Assembly: GCA_964016885.1 (NCBI GenBank)
Contig: OZ024742.1
Coordinates: 267,220,001 to 267,284,000, forward strand
Direction of reading: 5' to 3'
DNA from: Eledone cirrhosa
Taxonomy: Eukaryota
DNA: 64,000 nt
Shown here: piece by piece, positions 14,581 to 26,668 of the stretch
Layout: each line of letters begins with the position of its first letter
Position numbering within the stretch: position 1 is the first letter of the stretch
Program-made: the position numbers and the translations under genes
Notes under the pieces: model-generated
What the model saw: the letters and a program-made list of their open reading frames with translations, nothing else
Database searches by the model: none
Told to the model about the DNA's origin: nothing

Positions 14581-15029
14581 GATGATATCTATCTTTTATT
14601 TTCTTTGTATCCTTTGTAAACCTGTCTCTATTTTTGTACTCCTTAATAAGGGCTATAGGCCGACACATCGAAATTTCGTTCCACTTTTCCATATAAAGCG
14701 TGAAACTAATAAGACGATTTTTACTCCTGTTTGTCGTTCCCTGAACTATATTTACACACTTACACGACAATCCTTGTATTTCAAAGCTGGATATTTACAC
14801 ACGCCCTGTGACTGCTCTATTTTACCATCTTGTCCAGCCAGCAGGTTACCCAGGGCCCTCGAATATTTTGATTTTTACTAATCACCCGGGACCTTCTTAT
14901 CGCTTTTCTTTTCTTTCTTCTTTATATAACTTCTATATTTATATAACCCTATATCCCTTGTCTTGTTGTTTTTACCACTAACTTGTCTGTGTCAAGTTGA
15001 GTTACTCACTCATTCCTCTTCTCTCACAT

Positions 15030-17110
15030 TACCTAGCCCCAAAAATGTCCTCTAACACCTGCGCAACTGATTAAAACTCTACCTTATCATGACACGCTCA
15101 TTCCATCTCTTGATTTATACAAAATTTCAACAAACAACTCTTCCACTTCTTAACCTACACTAAAGTCCGTAAGATACATCCTCTCCTTAGTTCCGCCCGT
15201 GCACTCAGGCACACACTTCCATTTCCACATAACGTCTCCCTCACCCCAAACTGAGCCCCTTCCCACCAATCCTCCCAATCACACCCACAACGTGTTGCCA
15301 CTCTACCGCAGGCCTTCCGCTGTCTTGTTCGAAGCATTTGCTCCTCAGTAGAGGTCTGCGTTTCATACAACCCTCGCATTGTGGCAACGAATTTCGGCCC
15401 AGCATGGTCGTTGAAAGATTCCTGCACCACACCAAATTTTACGCGCATTTTCATGGCAACGCTCCGAACGTCTCTAGACACCATGATGATGGGGTCCTGC
15501 GACCATCACACTGGAAACCGTCTCCCGGACAATTCAGTGCCCTGGATACGTTCATTGATTCCTACCACCACACTATGAATCGTTTAAATTTCCGTAAACG
15601 GTACAAACGATGCGCCATCTCGTGGGCCGAACTTGCTCCTCTCCGCTCCCTCTGTGACCGTGATGACATCGTCATTAATCAGGCCGACAGGGTGGTGCCG
15701 TGGTCGTGTGGTTCACGGACCCCTAAAAAATGGAGGCTTATCGGCAACTCTGGAACCCTCTCTTCTACGGTCTCCTTGCCGCCGATCCCACTCCTCAATA
15801 CCAGCAACAGGACAAATCTACTATACGCCAGCTCGTCTCTTCCTCTCTTCTACCCCACTCGGCACAAAATCTTATCGTCCGCATCCCACGTACCTCTACT
15901 ATCTACTTCCTCTCCAAATTACACTAGCCTGACAAACACGGCCGCATCATCGGCTAAGCCTCTAGGTGCCCCACTGAACTTGTTTCAGCTTTTCTTGATT
16001 CCGGATTGGACCCACTGGTCGTTACCCTACCGTCTCACATAACCGACACCAACCACGCCCTCCACCTCTTCGACTCCTTTATTTTCCCACCTGGCTCCCC
16101 AGCCCTATTCTTTACCTTCGACATCAAATCCCTATACACTGTCATCCTCCATACCGAAGGTCACCGGGCCTTGCAACACTTCCTTAAACTTCACCCCTCC
16201 CCTCAAACTTCCACCTCCACCCTTATCCCCTTAGGCGAGTTGGTCCACTCCCTCAACTTTTTCTCCTTCTCGTATGAGATTTACCATCGTTTCACCACCT
16301 CTATTTCTACGTCTGTTAACTTCCTGGAATTTCTGTAACCATTAACCCCTCCAATCGCTCCCTCTTCACTTCAGCCTACTTCAAGCCATCGGGCTTCCAC
16401 GCCTACGTCAACTTCTCCTCCGCATATGCCACAATACAGCAAACACTCCATCCTCTATTCCCAATTCATCTCACTACGCCACCTATGTAGTCGAACGCAT
16501 AATTTTGAGATTCAGTCTCATTACATGGCCAGACATTTCGCTAAACGTGGATACCCCCGACCCTGATTCAAGCCACCCTCACCCGTGCCCGTTGCGTCGA
16601 TCGCACCATTACCCTTACTCCACGCCACCGAGAGCTCTTCCCCCTTACCTACCACCCATCAGAAAACGATCCTCCGTCTTTTCTGCCGCCTACAGTCTGA
16701 TCTCTCTACCTCACCCATTTTTCACGTCCCATCCCTCCCGTAACCTTCTGAACCTTCAAGCCCGCTCGTAACCTTCTGAACCTCCTCCTCCTCAGCGCTC
16801 TTAATCCCCCCAACACCTCTCCTGGATCCTACCCCTGTTGCCAACCCCACTGCGATACATGCAGTTTTATCTCCCACACTACCACCCTTTTCCGATCCCA
16901 AAACAGGCTTGCCCCGTTAGGAACTCCTTGGGCTGCACCTCCACCAGCCACGTCTATGGGTTCCGTTGTACTCTGTATGGAATTATCTTCTTTGGTCAGA
17001 CTGGCTGACAGATTTGCAACCCGACTCCTATCTCCTTACATTTTCGATCTGCCGGCCACTCCACACGCCACCTCTGTGTCTTCGGGCTCGCCCATTGTGC
17101 CGGACATTCA
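15030..17110 (+). mobile_element. Penelope-like retroelement (RT + C-terminal GIY-YIG endonuclease), pseudogenised
   Basis: LLSRGLRF, DIVINQADR (KxADK), IYFLSKLH (YxLPKxH), FFTFDIKSLYTVI.H.EG..AL..FL, thumb SIxYSQFxxLRxLCS...RGYP, a CxxxxCxxC linker (~16835) and CTSTSHVYGFRC...FGQTG (GIY-YIG, ~16930-17005). Confidence 0.85.
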
Positions 17111-17721
17111 TTTGGTTATCCAATAGTTTTTTTTAACGCCCATTCGATCGCGTAATTTGTTATTTCGTCTTGGTGCTACCATACAATTCAGATGTCGATA
17201 CTACTAGCACTCTATTTCCTGTTTGTGAATCACGTATTCTTTGTTATTTTCTTGTCTCCATAAGCCTAAGAGATCGTTTTCGTCACACATTGATCGGCTT
17301 TAGTATCGCTCATATATTTAGGTATATATTTGTACTTACCATGTAATTTAATGTAAGTTCTTCGTTTGTCACGTTTACTGTATAGTTCATGTCTGTATTC
17401 CGTACTGTTTCTTCTTCTTATCGTCATCCGTCTCCACTAGGACAGCGTTCAACTAGCTCTTTAGACACTGCCCACAAACGAACCTCCTTGCAGGAGTTGA
17501 ATTTTGGTAAATTGGCCTCGACTAACGTTGTGCTCGAAGTTCTTGTTTTTGTTAGCATATTGTACCGTCTATATACTATCCCGTCCATTTTCTTCCGTCC
17601 CCTTGCTTGTGTCAGGTTATATATATGTATGTATGTAAAAGGTAAACAGAAATAACAACACAATCGGGAGAGTATATGGAAGGGATATATTAGGTTAACG
17701 CTTGATATAGCAGGAAGAGGG

Positions 17722-17757
17722 TCTTAACGTTTCAGACGCCAGTCTTTCATCAGAAGA
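17722..17757 (-). ncRNA. Minimal type I hammerhead ribozyme (Penelope-type)
   Basis: Reverse complement: tctt-CTGATGA-a-agac(tggc)gtct-GAAA-c-gt-t-aaga. Stem I is tctt/aaga, stem II is agac/gtct, and helix III is the palindromic AACGTT. Confidence 0.7.
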
Positions 17758-18284
17758 AAGCATGAGAAATAAGATAGATTGAGGGGATGGGCGGGTATAC
17801 ATACATATATTGGGTCTCATACAATGGAAACTATGTCACATTTATATGCTGGAAATACCTATTGAATTATTATTAAAACTGCTCAGTTTAATTGCACACA
17901 GAAAAAATTTCGAAAAACAGCAGGAGGGGAATGTCTCCTAATCGATTTATCAACTACTAATTGACTACTACAAATTTCCCAAGGAAATAGTGATCGGGGA
18001 AGATAGCCAAATACAGGGCCTAAATTCACAACAATCTACTGAACAATATGTGATTTGGAAATTATTAAAATAAATATACAACTAAAATACATAATATGTA
18101 AACACATTCACGTGATACAGGCACTGCATACATATTTTGTAGAGTAATTTTCATACAAAAGACGGTAACACAGACAAAAACAAATCCCAGTCCATACCCA
18201 AGGCAAAGAGATTGTGAAGTGAAAGCACGTAATAAATAAAAACTACTGAAATAATAACGATTTTCATATTAAATGAAATAAAAT

Positions 18285-18597
18285 TAATAATTGCTTCTAC
18301 GTTAGGCACAAGGCCAGCAATTATCCAGTGCATTACTGGTACTTTATTTTATCGACCCCGTAAGGATGAAAGGCAAAGTCAACATCGGCGGGATTTGAAC
18401 TCAGATCATAAAGGGACGTAACTATGCTGGAAAGCATGGCGTCCGGCCCTCTACCGATACTGCCAATCCACCATTAATACTATTAATAATAATTGTTTTA
18501 ATAATTGTTTCTACTTTTGGCACAAGGCCAGCAATTACCCAGTGCATAACTGGTACTTTATTTTATCGACCCTGTAAGGATGAAAGGCAAAGTTAAC
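18285..18597 (-). mobile_element. Two tandem tRNA-derived SINE copies (18285-18475 near full-length; 18500-18597 partial)
   Basis: Shared SINE body; reverse complement contains the B-box gagttcaaatcc and a tRNA-like head ggtggattggcagtatcggtagagg. Confidence 0.85.
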
Positions 18598-18620
18598 AAA
18601 TAATTGTTTTAATAATAATA

Positions 18621-21049
18621 GTTTCATTTATTGACCACCAGGGCCGACATTTAGGGCACAATGCAAAAACAGGGTTAATGGGGATTTACAATAAAATCGA
18701 GTAAAAAAAACAACCCCAAAACACAATTAACAATAAGAATACATATGAATTCCCTTATAGGAGGCGGAACCACCCAGGGGGGTGGGGGGCTCAGGCACCT
18801 CACCTTCCTGAACCACTCGACGCTACGAGGGCATCCTCCCCCCTCAAATTAACCAGCCTATAGGTGCATGCTCAGATAGGGCCATTCACATGGGTCATTC
18901 TCGCCACATTCAACCAGCTTTTTAGCAAATGTCCTGGGAGGCAGTACTTCTCTCACCACCCTAACCTACCTTTCCAAGTGAAACTTGAAAAAGTTGAGGG
19001 ATTGGCCGAAGAGAAAAGTGTATGTCTTCAGTCCTTTCAATCTGGTCAACCATACAACCTCTTTCGTTACTGCCACCAGACAGAAGATCATTGCCTGCCC
19101 TTGCTGGCCAAAGGAATGCGGCGTGTCGATCTTCACTATGGTCCCGGCCGATAGCAGGATTTGTTTTACACGCGACAACAGCTGTTCGACTTAACTCCAC
19201 AAGTCAGTAATGCACGAACACTGGACAAGTGCGTGCAGAACGGTTTCGTCGCTCTGTGTGCACTTGTTGTTGACAACCACTTCCTGTCAACCTTTGCTTA
19301 ACTAAATTGTTGACCCGGTGTCTGTGTTTGTTGTGGATGTGGTGTCTGCAATTTCAGATGTCTGTTTGTTTATTTGTTCTTGTGTCTGTTTAGATTGTTT
19401 GCGTTTTGGTGATTATGGTGATGGTTGTGTTGGTGTTGTTGGGATGTGTTTGTGTGAGCAGTGTGTGCATTTGTTGCTGTGGGTGTGTTTGTGCTTTGTG
19501 GGGGCTTTTACTTTTTATTTGGTGGGGGGGTGGGGGTTACCTCATCTTCACCACAGGAAGATGAGTAGCCTGTGGCTGTAAGTGTGTCAGTGGCAGTGGG
19601 AGGGTGAATGTGACAGCTTTCTTCGTTTCCCTCCTGGGTGGCCAATGTTGGTGGGTTGCGTTTCGGTTGGTTTTGTTGCTGGTGGTTTTGCAGGTGCTGG
19701 TATTGGTGGTGGTCCTCGCCTCGGCGTCAGCAGCAGTGGAGACCTTTGACTCCTTCTACCTTTCAGAAGTTGAGGGCAGAAGGCTCGCAAACAGATTGTC
19801 TCCCCGTAAACGAAACAATGCGGGCCTTTTGCGCTAGGTCATTATATATAACACCATCCCGTTCTGGATGCGTATGTGGTCCGGTATTTTTGTATATCCT
19901 CGAGCCTGATCTAGTGAAGTATCTCTAGGTTAACTCCAGACCAGTCCTCACTGGCAGTTCTCGTAAACTCTATCGGAACTACATCCGTCCACTCCATGAT
20001 CACACATCCCAAGAGCCTCCACATGACAGGTCCGGGGGTAATCCCGGGAATGCAACACGAGCAGTTATGTTTCCAATGTAGGAGGTGTACATAATGACCT
20101 TGCTGTTTTGCAAGGGGTCATTGCATGATTCATAACGAGGGCTTCTGACTTAAACAGCACCGAAATGGTGCCGTATTGTCTGCACCTCACTATGTACACG
20201 GTATCATCCCTGATGCGCACCAAATCGCAGCTTCAATATCTGTCTGAGCAATTAAAGCCACCCTCTTTATTTCTTCTGAAATGCATCTGTAATGCACTGT
20301 TCTACACTCCACTGCTTCAATGGCTTCTGCCGGGACAATTACGTTGGCCCAAGTTTGCTCTTTTTTGATGAGCTTCCAGGCCTGGGCCACCTTTTTATCT
20401 TTATCCGTGAGGTCCATGCTGAAGCATGACCTCTTTTTGGATGCTGCGCAGCGAAAGAGTTCATGTTGTTGGTAATGTTCTTGTTGTTCTTGGTGTTGTT
20501 GTTGTCGCTGTTGCCTTTGGTTATATATTTGTTGCCGTACTTGTTCTCGGTGCAGTTGGTGTTGTTCCTGTTGCTGTTCATGTTTTTGTTGTTGGTGTTA
20601 TTGTCGTTGTTGTTTTTGTTCTCATTGTTTCTGTTGTCTGTGTTGTTGGTGTCGTTGTGACTGCAGTGGTTGGTGTTGTCATTTTTTTTAGGCTGGTGAT
20701 CTCAGTGTTGCTGTCATTGTCATCTATTTGTGGTGGTGTTGCTAAATATGATGTAGTATAAAGTTTTGTTGTATCCCTCCTCTAAACATTTAAGCCGTTG
20801 TCACACGACAGCAGACTTAAAGCTTGGGGGATGGGCGTGGCTCAGCCATGTTTCTACTTTTGTTTTATGAAAAAAACTAAAAAATGCAAAATTCAAATAT
20901 TTGGGCCAAAAGTCCCAAATATTATAGCGTCTCCCCTTCACAGGACAAAGATGGAAGTCTTATGACCCTTTTCAAATAATGCAACAAATATTACAAATGA
21001 AAACAAAACTGAAAATTTACCGAAAATACGTCTACACTGTCTGACAGCC
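18621..21049 (-). mobile_element. Internally deleted Tx1-clade element (5'UTR + decayed ORF1 + ORF2 scraps + 3'UTR) in a (TTA)n site
   Basis: ORF1 start MAEP at ~20849, an Asn/Thr-rich tract, a decayed zinc knuckle region near 19800, ORF2 C-terminus AVTKEVVWLTRLKGL, and 3' end gccctggtggtcaataaatgaaac. (TAA)n lies on both flanks. Confidence 0.8.
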
Positions 21050-21203
21050 AATAATAATAATTTATAATAATAATAACTATTATAATTATTATTATTACTT
21101 TTGATGTTATATGTATTATGTGCACTACTAATATTAGTAGTGGTCGTATATTTCATTTTCTTTACTATATTAGGAAAACTAAAAGAAGCCATTTCCTTTA
21201 TAT

Positions 21204-21324
21204 TTCTTCTTCTTCTTCTTCTTCTTCTTCTTCTTCTTCTTCTTCTTCTTCTTCTTCTTCTTCTTCTTCTTCTTCTTCTTCTTCTTCTTCTTCTTCTTCT
21301 TCTTCTTCTTCTTCTTCTTCTTCT
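21204..21324. repeat. (TTC)n trinucleotide microsatellite
   Basis: About 40 perfect units. Confidence 0.98.
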
Positions 21325-22499
21325 AAAATGATGCTACAAATAATAAGTCTTCTTAATATTTCTTGGCAGTAATTTCAATAAATAAATATATTTTATTATT
21401 AAAATTCAGAAGCAATGGTAACAATATGAAAATAAAACAAAAAATTAAATAGTTGAAAATCAATTTCTCAAATTGCATATTGCCATAATTCTTGCCTAGA
21501 TATATTTATTATTAAAGTTACAGAGCACAAACATAAAAATATGTATAAATATAGTAAAAGCAATTGTCTAGTTTTGAGCACTGTTACCAATATGATTCCA
21601 GTTACAACTTTACATTGGGTTTGTGCTTGACTTTAGGACGCAGTCGTGGTCAATCGGAAGGTATGGTTACCATAGTATTCAGGTAGTGCGTCGACGCTTC
21701 AAATCCTAAATCCTCTTATTCTGAAGACAAATTCTCAACTACACTGACCTACTTGACCCTTGTGTAAACATTTGGAGAAAATCTACTTTATCACACTAAA
21801 GATATTTAATGTGACGGCTCAACCATATCCTGATGGATTCTGAAACAAAGTTTCTGTTTTGGTTTACTATACAGTGAGACAATTTCAATTTTCTTTATTC
21901 TTTTATGATATTTTGAAATGAAATATAATTAATGGTTATTTCTATTTCTGTTATTTCTATTTCCTCTTTTTCTTTTTCTCCTCCCTTTTCTATTCCTCTA
22001 AGAAGGCTACATATTTTGCTTTGGGTCGAAGGCAAATTTGTACGAGGTAGTCTAGTCATTTATCGATGACATCACGTGGTGTTGTTTATGACAGTAGAAC
22101 TATAATTTACTTTTAGAAATCTTTTTGTGTGGTAACGAGAAATAACGGATGTGTGATATTCTCTGGCCTATCTTAGACGAGAAAAATCATTCACAAAGAA
22201 CATTTTATGTTGAAATATAATGAATAAAATCATTATCTGCAAAAATGTATTATTTGTTAGTATACCTGAACAACCAATGCTTCTAAACACAAAATCCTCA
22301 GAGCATTTTATGTGGAAATATGAAAAATAATGAGTAAATATAATTGCCTGACCTAATGCCAGTTTGTGAACCCGGCTTGAGAAGATCCCTGCCGGTAAGA
22401 TGCATGTAATATGATAACTGAACACAGAATGGACAAGAAAATTAATTGGGCTCTTCCGCCAAAAAGCAGAGACAAATACATATCTGTATATATGTAAGT

Positions 22500-22660
22500 A
22501 TAAAGAACGTACTCAAGCTCAGAAATGCTATAAATATAGCTTATAAAATAGAGTGAAGACCCTTAAAAGACAGAAAAGAATTTTCCAACGACCACTATGA
22601 GGAATTGAACTCAATAACTTCTATATACCGGCTAGGAAGGCAATGACTACATTCTTCCCG
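22500..22660 (-). mobile_element. Second SINE-like interspersed repeat (also at 27320-27450)
   Basis: The two loci share ctataaa.atagcttataaaata...gaagacccttaaa.gacagaaaa; the minus strand has a B-box-like g(a/g)gttcaatt. Confidence 0.5.
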
Positions 22661-22880
22661 ACATTTTATCTATATATAACTTGACAACGGTTTCATATAT
22701 CAGCAGGCAGGCGAGGATCTGACAGACAGACATCTGTGTTTAACCAAAATAATGTACGAAGCCGAATTTTTGGCTTTTGAAACGGAGAGAATGTATGTAT
22801 GTATGTATGTATGTATGTATGTATGTATGTATGTATGTATGTATGTATGTATGTATGTATGTATGTATGTATGGTGACAT

Positions 22881-23488
22881 GTCAGGTCACCAGTTGGTGC
22901 TACTGGTAACATGTATCCCAGTACAACCTGTCTCAGGGTCGGGTCATTGGCGACTAAACTGGCAACCCCACCAAGGTTTCTTGGTGAGGAGGGTGACTTT
23001 GGACATCCTGCAGGACTAAAAACAAAACTTGTCAAAGAGCAAGGGAGCTCTTAAGACTCAATAGCCATCCAAAATCACCGGGAGAGATGACCCCTTAGCC
23101 TTTGTCAAGGCAGAATTCTAGGAGAAGGAAAACTCTGATATAACACCTGCAACCCTGATGGTATCCAATGATGTTGACTTGTTCTTCTTTTTGGTAAATA
23201 TCATCTTGGTTAAGAGAGTGGGACTGGCTTTGTGCAGTGCCTTTGCTCACTATAAAAGCTTCACAGCACAGGCATTGCTTTATATCTGGAGATCTCTCTG
23301 CACTTGTCATCACATGGTACCATGGGCCCTGCACTATGTGTCAATAATGGTCACAAGTGTAGTGTTTGTACCAGAGTTTTCAAGTCGCTGGCTGGACTAA
23401 AAAGTCACATTCATTCAGCGCATCGGTTGGGGTTCTCCTACATGGATATAAAGTAGTGGCCGTACTCGAAAACGAGTTGGCAGCCACC
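22881..23488 (+). mobile_element. Non-autonomous RTE-type bipartite retroelement, full unit 1, flanked by (TATG)n
   Basis: 5' part has the RTE 5'UTR-like motif ctaggagaaggaaaactctgat. 3' part encodes an RTE-like C2H2 finger (CSVCTRVFKSLAGLKSHIHSAH), then a terminal stem-loop gtggc..actcgaaaacgagt..gccac and an (ATGT)n tail. Confidence 0.7.
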
Positions 23489-23547
23489 ATGTATGTATGT
23501 ATGTATGTATGTATGTATGTATGTATGTATGTATGTATGTATGTATG

Positions 23548-24002
23548 TTATCTCTTTCTTTTAATTTCGAGTATATTTTTTTTGACCGGCCACCTTCCTG
23601 GTGGCAAGGTTGTAAAAGAAAAGAAATTCTCATCCCTTGAATCGCAAGAATGTTTTGCAAATTTTGAAAGTGCCAGCTATCGCAGCCATTTGTAGACTGA
23701 ATTAGGGAGCTGCGCTTTTTGTCCGCATATCCAAGTTCAGTCATACTTTGGTCCAAGCGGGTTGGTATATAACCCGTAGCTCCAATAATGATGGGTATGA
23801 AGCTAAAGGTGTATCTTGGATACTGGATTTGTAAACTCCTCATCAATGGTCCGTAGAAGTCCTCCTTCTCCTAAATTTTTCTGACAACGTGTACATCAAG
23901 TGGGCAGCTGATCTCCACAACACAACACGTTTTCAATGTGTGGTCCCAAACAACAATATCAGGCCGGTTGTGCTTTAATTTGGTGGCAGTTTTTATTTTA
24001 AG
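23548..24002 (-). mobile_element. 5'-truncated R4/Dong-like RLE retrotransposon (endonuclease domain + 3'UTR) inserted in (CATA)n
   Basis: HNRPDIVVWD...VVEISCPLD...EKEDFYGPL...IPIIIGATG is a PD-(D/E)xK restriction-like endonuclease; both junctions are directly in TATG repeats. Confidence 0.8.
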
Positions 24003-24075
24003 TATGTATGTATGTATGTATGTATGTATGTATGTATGTATGTATGTATGTATGTATGTATGTATGTATGTATGT

Positions 24076-24293
24076 ATTGCTTTGTATCTGGAGATCTCTC
24101 TGCACTTATCGTCACATGGTACCATGGGCCCAGCACTATGTGTCAATAATTGTCACAGGTGTAGTGTTTGTAACAGAGTGGTCAAGTCACTAGCTGGACT
24201 AAAAAGTCACACGTGTTCAGCGCCACATCGGTAGGGGTTCTCCTACATGGATATAAAGTAGGGGCCTTTATCGCAAACGAGTTGGTAGCCACC
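24076..24293 (+). mobile_element. RTE-type non-autonomous element, 5'-truncated unit 2
   Basis: Matches the last ~215 bp of unit 1; (TATG)n on both sides. Confidence 0.75.
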
Positions 24294-24346
24294 TGTATGT
24301 ATGTATGTATGTATGTATGTATGTATGTATGTATGTATGTATGTAT

Positions 24347-24951
24347 GTCAGGTCACCAGTTGGTGCTAAAGATAATATGTATCCCAGTACAACCTGTCTC
24401 GTGGTCGGGTCGTTGGCGACTAAACTGGCAACCTCACCAAGGTTTCTTGGTGAGGAGGGTGACTTTGGACATCCTGCAGAACTAAAAACAAAACCTGTCA
24501 AAGGGCAAAGGAGCTCTTACGAGTCAATGGCCATCCAAAATCACCGGGAGAGATGACCCCTTAGCCTTTGTCAAGGCAGAATTCTAGGAGAAGGAAAACT
24601 CTGATATAACACCTGCAACCCTGATGGTATCCAATGATGTTGACTTGTTCTTCTTTTTGGTAAATATCATCTTGGTTAAGAGAGTGGGACTGGCTTTGTG
24701 CAGTGCCTTTGCTCACTATAAAAGCTTCACGGCACAGGCATTGCTTTATATCTGGAGATCTCTCTGCACTTGTCGTCACATGGTACCAGGGGCCCTGCAC
24801 TGTGTCAATAATTGTCACAAGTGTAGTGTTTGTACCAGAGTTTTCAACTCGCTGGCTGGACTAAAAATCACACTCGTTCAGCGCATCGGTAGGGGTTCTC
24901 CTACATGGATATAAAGTAGGGGCCGTACTCGAAAACGAGTTGGCTGCCATC
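24347..24951 (+). mobile_element. RTE-type non-autonomous element, full unit 3
   Basis: Near-identical to unit 1 with the same 5' start gtcaggtcac; (TATG)n on both sides. Confidence 0.75.
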
Positions 24952-24982
24952 ATGTATGTATGTATGTATGTATGTATGTATG

Positions 24983-25013
<31 letters not shown>

Positions 25014-25719
25014 CACAGATATTGAGAGAGCTTATAGATAGGACAACACACGCTGTCTTTTCGTGGGGTAAGTTTTTAATTAATATTTTGTATTCTGAAA
25101 AATACAACAATTTTTTGCTCACTGGTCTCGGGAATATTATGACAGAAGTTTGTGGAAGTTACACAAATATTTTTGTATATTTTGCCAGAGCAATCCTTAT
25201 TTATATTTTACATTTTACATTTACTTACATCTCAATATAACATGGCTAAATTCAAATTTTGCAAAGAGAAGAAAACGGACAAATGAATTAGATACATCTC
25301 ACAATAACGTCTACTCACCCTACCCACCACCACATCGACATTTACACATGTCATTACCCTATCTAGACTAAAGTCACCGGCCTGTTGTCAAACTCTCTAC
25401 TCTGTGTTGAATGTGTATGTGTATATATATATGTGTATGTATATGTGTGTATATACATCACTCAATCAAACGACCATATTTCAACCCCAACATCTACAAC
25501 AACACCGGCAAATGATGTTTACAGCAACAACAGCTTCAGAATGAATTGAAATGAACATTTACAACAACAGCGGCATCAAACGATATAAAAAACAAAACAA
25601 AAAAAACACAAAATAACAAAACACACACACACACACAACTCAACATCAATTGCCACCACCACCACCACCACCACCACCACCACCAGCGACCGGGCCTTAC
25701 GAAAACAACAACTTTAATA

Positions 25720-26070
25720 ATAATAATTTTTCTGCTTTTGGCACGAAGCCAGCGATTGTTCCAGCGCATTACTGGTGCTCTCTTTTGTTGACTCCGTGGG
25801 GATGAAAGGCAAGGCTGACGTTGGCGGGATTTGAGCTCGGAGCGTGGAGAGACATAGCTCTATGCTGTAAAGCAATTATAATAATTGTTTCTACGTTAGG
25901 CACAAGGCCAGCAAATAGCCAGTGCATTACTGGTACTTTATTTTATCGATTCTGTAAGGATGAAAAGCAAAGTTAACCTCGGCCGGATTTGAACTCAGAA
26001 TGGCAAGGGCCGTAACTCTATACGTTAAAGCATGGCGTGCGACCCTCTACCAATACTGCCAATCCACCAA
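25720..26070 (-). mobile_element. Two tandem tRNA-derived SINE copies (25720-25875, 25880-26070)
   Basis: Same SINE body, B-box and head as the other copies. Confidence 0.85.
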
Positions 26071-26168
26071 TAATACTGAACGGTAACACGAACGGCTTCA
26101 ACTATACGAACTCTTTTGAAAGTCAACAGTTGACATGATCTTGTAATCTTGTATCAGTAATGACGGTA

Positions 26169-26203
<35 letters not shown>

Positions 26204-26334
26204 AGTGAGTACCGTGTGTGTGTTTGTTTGTATGCATGAGTGTTGCTGTGTGCGCGCGTATGTATGTGTGTGTGCACGCGTGTGTGTATGTCGTACGTAT
26301 AAGTGTCAATAAGTGAGTTTTTTGTTTTTTTTTA

Positions 26335-26620
26335 TGCGCGGGGACATAGAAATAGTCGGGTTGGATACCCGATCGCGCAGTTAAACCACTGGGAGTGAAG
26401 GACCCCTAGCCCTTGTCAGGGCATTCTTCTAGGAGAAGGCATCTCAGGAAACTGGGTTAACTCCGACATAAAACCTGCGGCCCAGTAGTTACCGATGATG
26501 TTGATCTTTTCTTCTTTTCGAGTTATAGCTACTGTCGCTCAGAGAGTGGGATTGGCTCAGTGCACAGTCTTTCCTCACTTTAAAAATATTCGTCACGCAC
26601 AGACATTGCACGATTGCATT
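26335..26620 (+). mobile_element. Diverged relative of the RTE-type non-autonomous element
   Basis: gacccctagcccttgtcagggca..ctaggagaagg..acctgc..gatgatgttgatcttttcttctttt..agagagtggga aligns with the middle of units 1, 3 and 4. Confidence 0.65.
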
Positions 26621-26668
26621 AATTAAATTTTATTGATGTATGTATGTATGTATGTATGTATGTATTAT

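Noticed and set aside
18360-18475. tRNA gene (A/B-box-like sequence)
   Set aside because: No complete cloverleaf; it is the head of a multicopy SINE.
21101-21372. Poly-Leu/poly-Ser ORFs (also poly-Ala/Thr/Leu at 39588-39996)
   Set aside because: Trinucleotide repeats only.
23340-23425. C2H2 zinc finger as a host zinc-finger gene exon
   Set aside because: A single finger repeated in five mobile units, without TGEKP linkers or splice context; it fits an RTE C-terminal relic.
22790-25010. Repeat-spacer pattern resembling a CRISPR array
   Set aside because: The repeats are variable-length (TATG)n, the spacers are retroelement copies of 200-600 bp, the context is eukaryotic and there are no cas genes.
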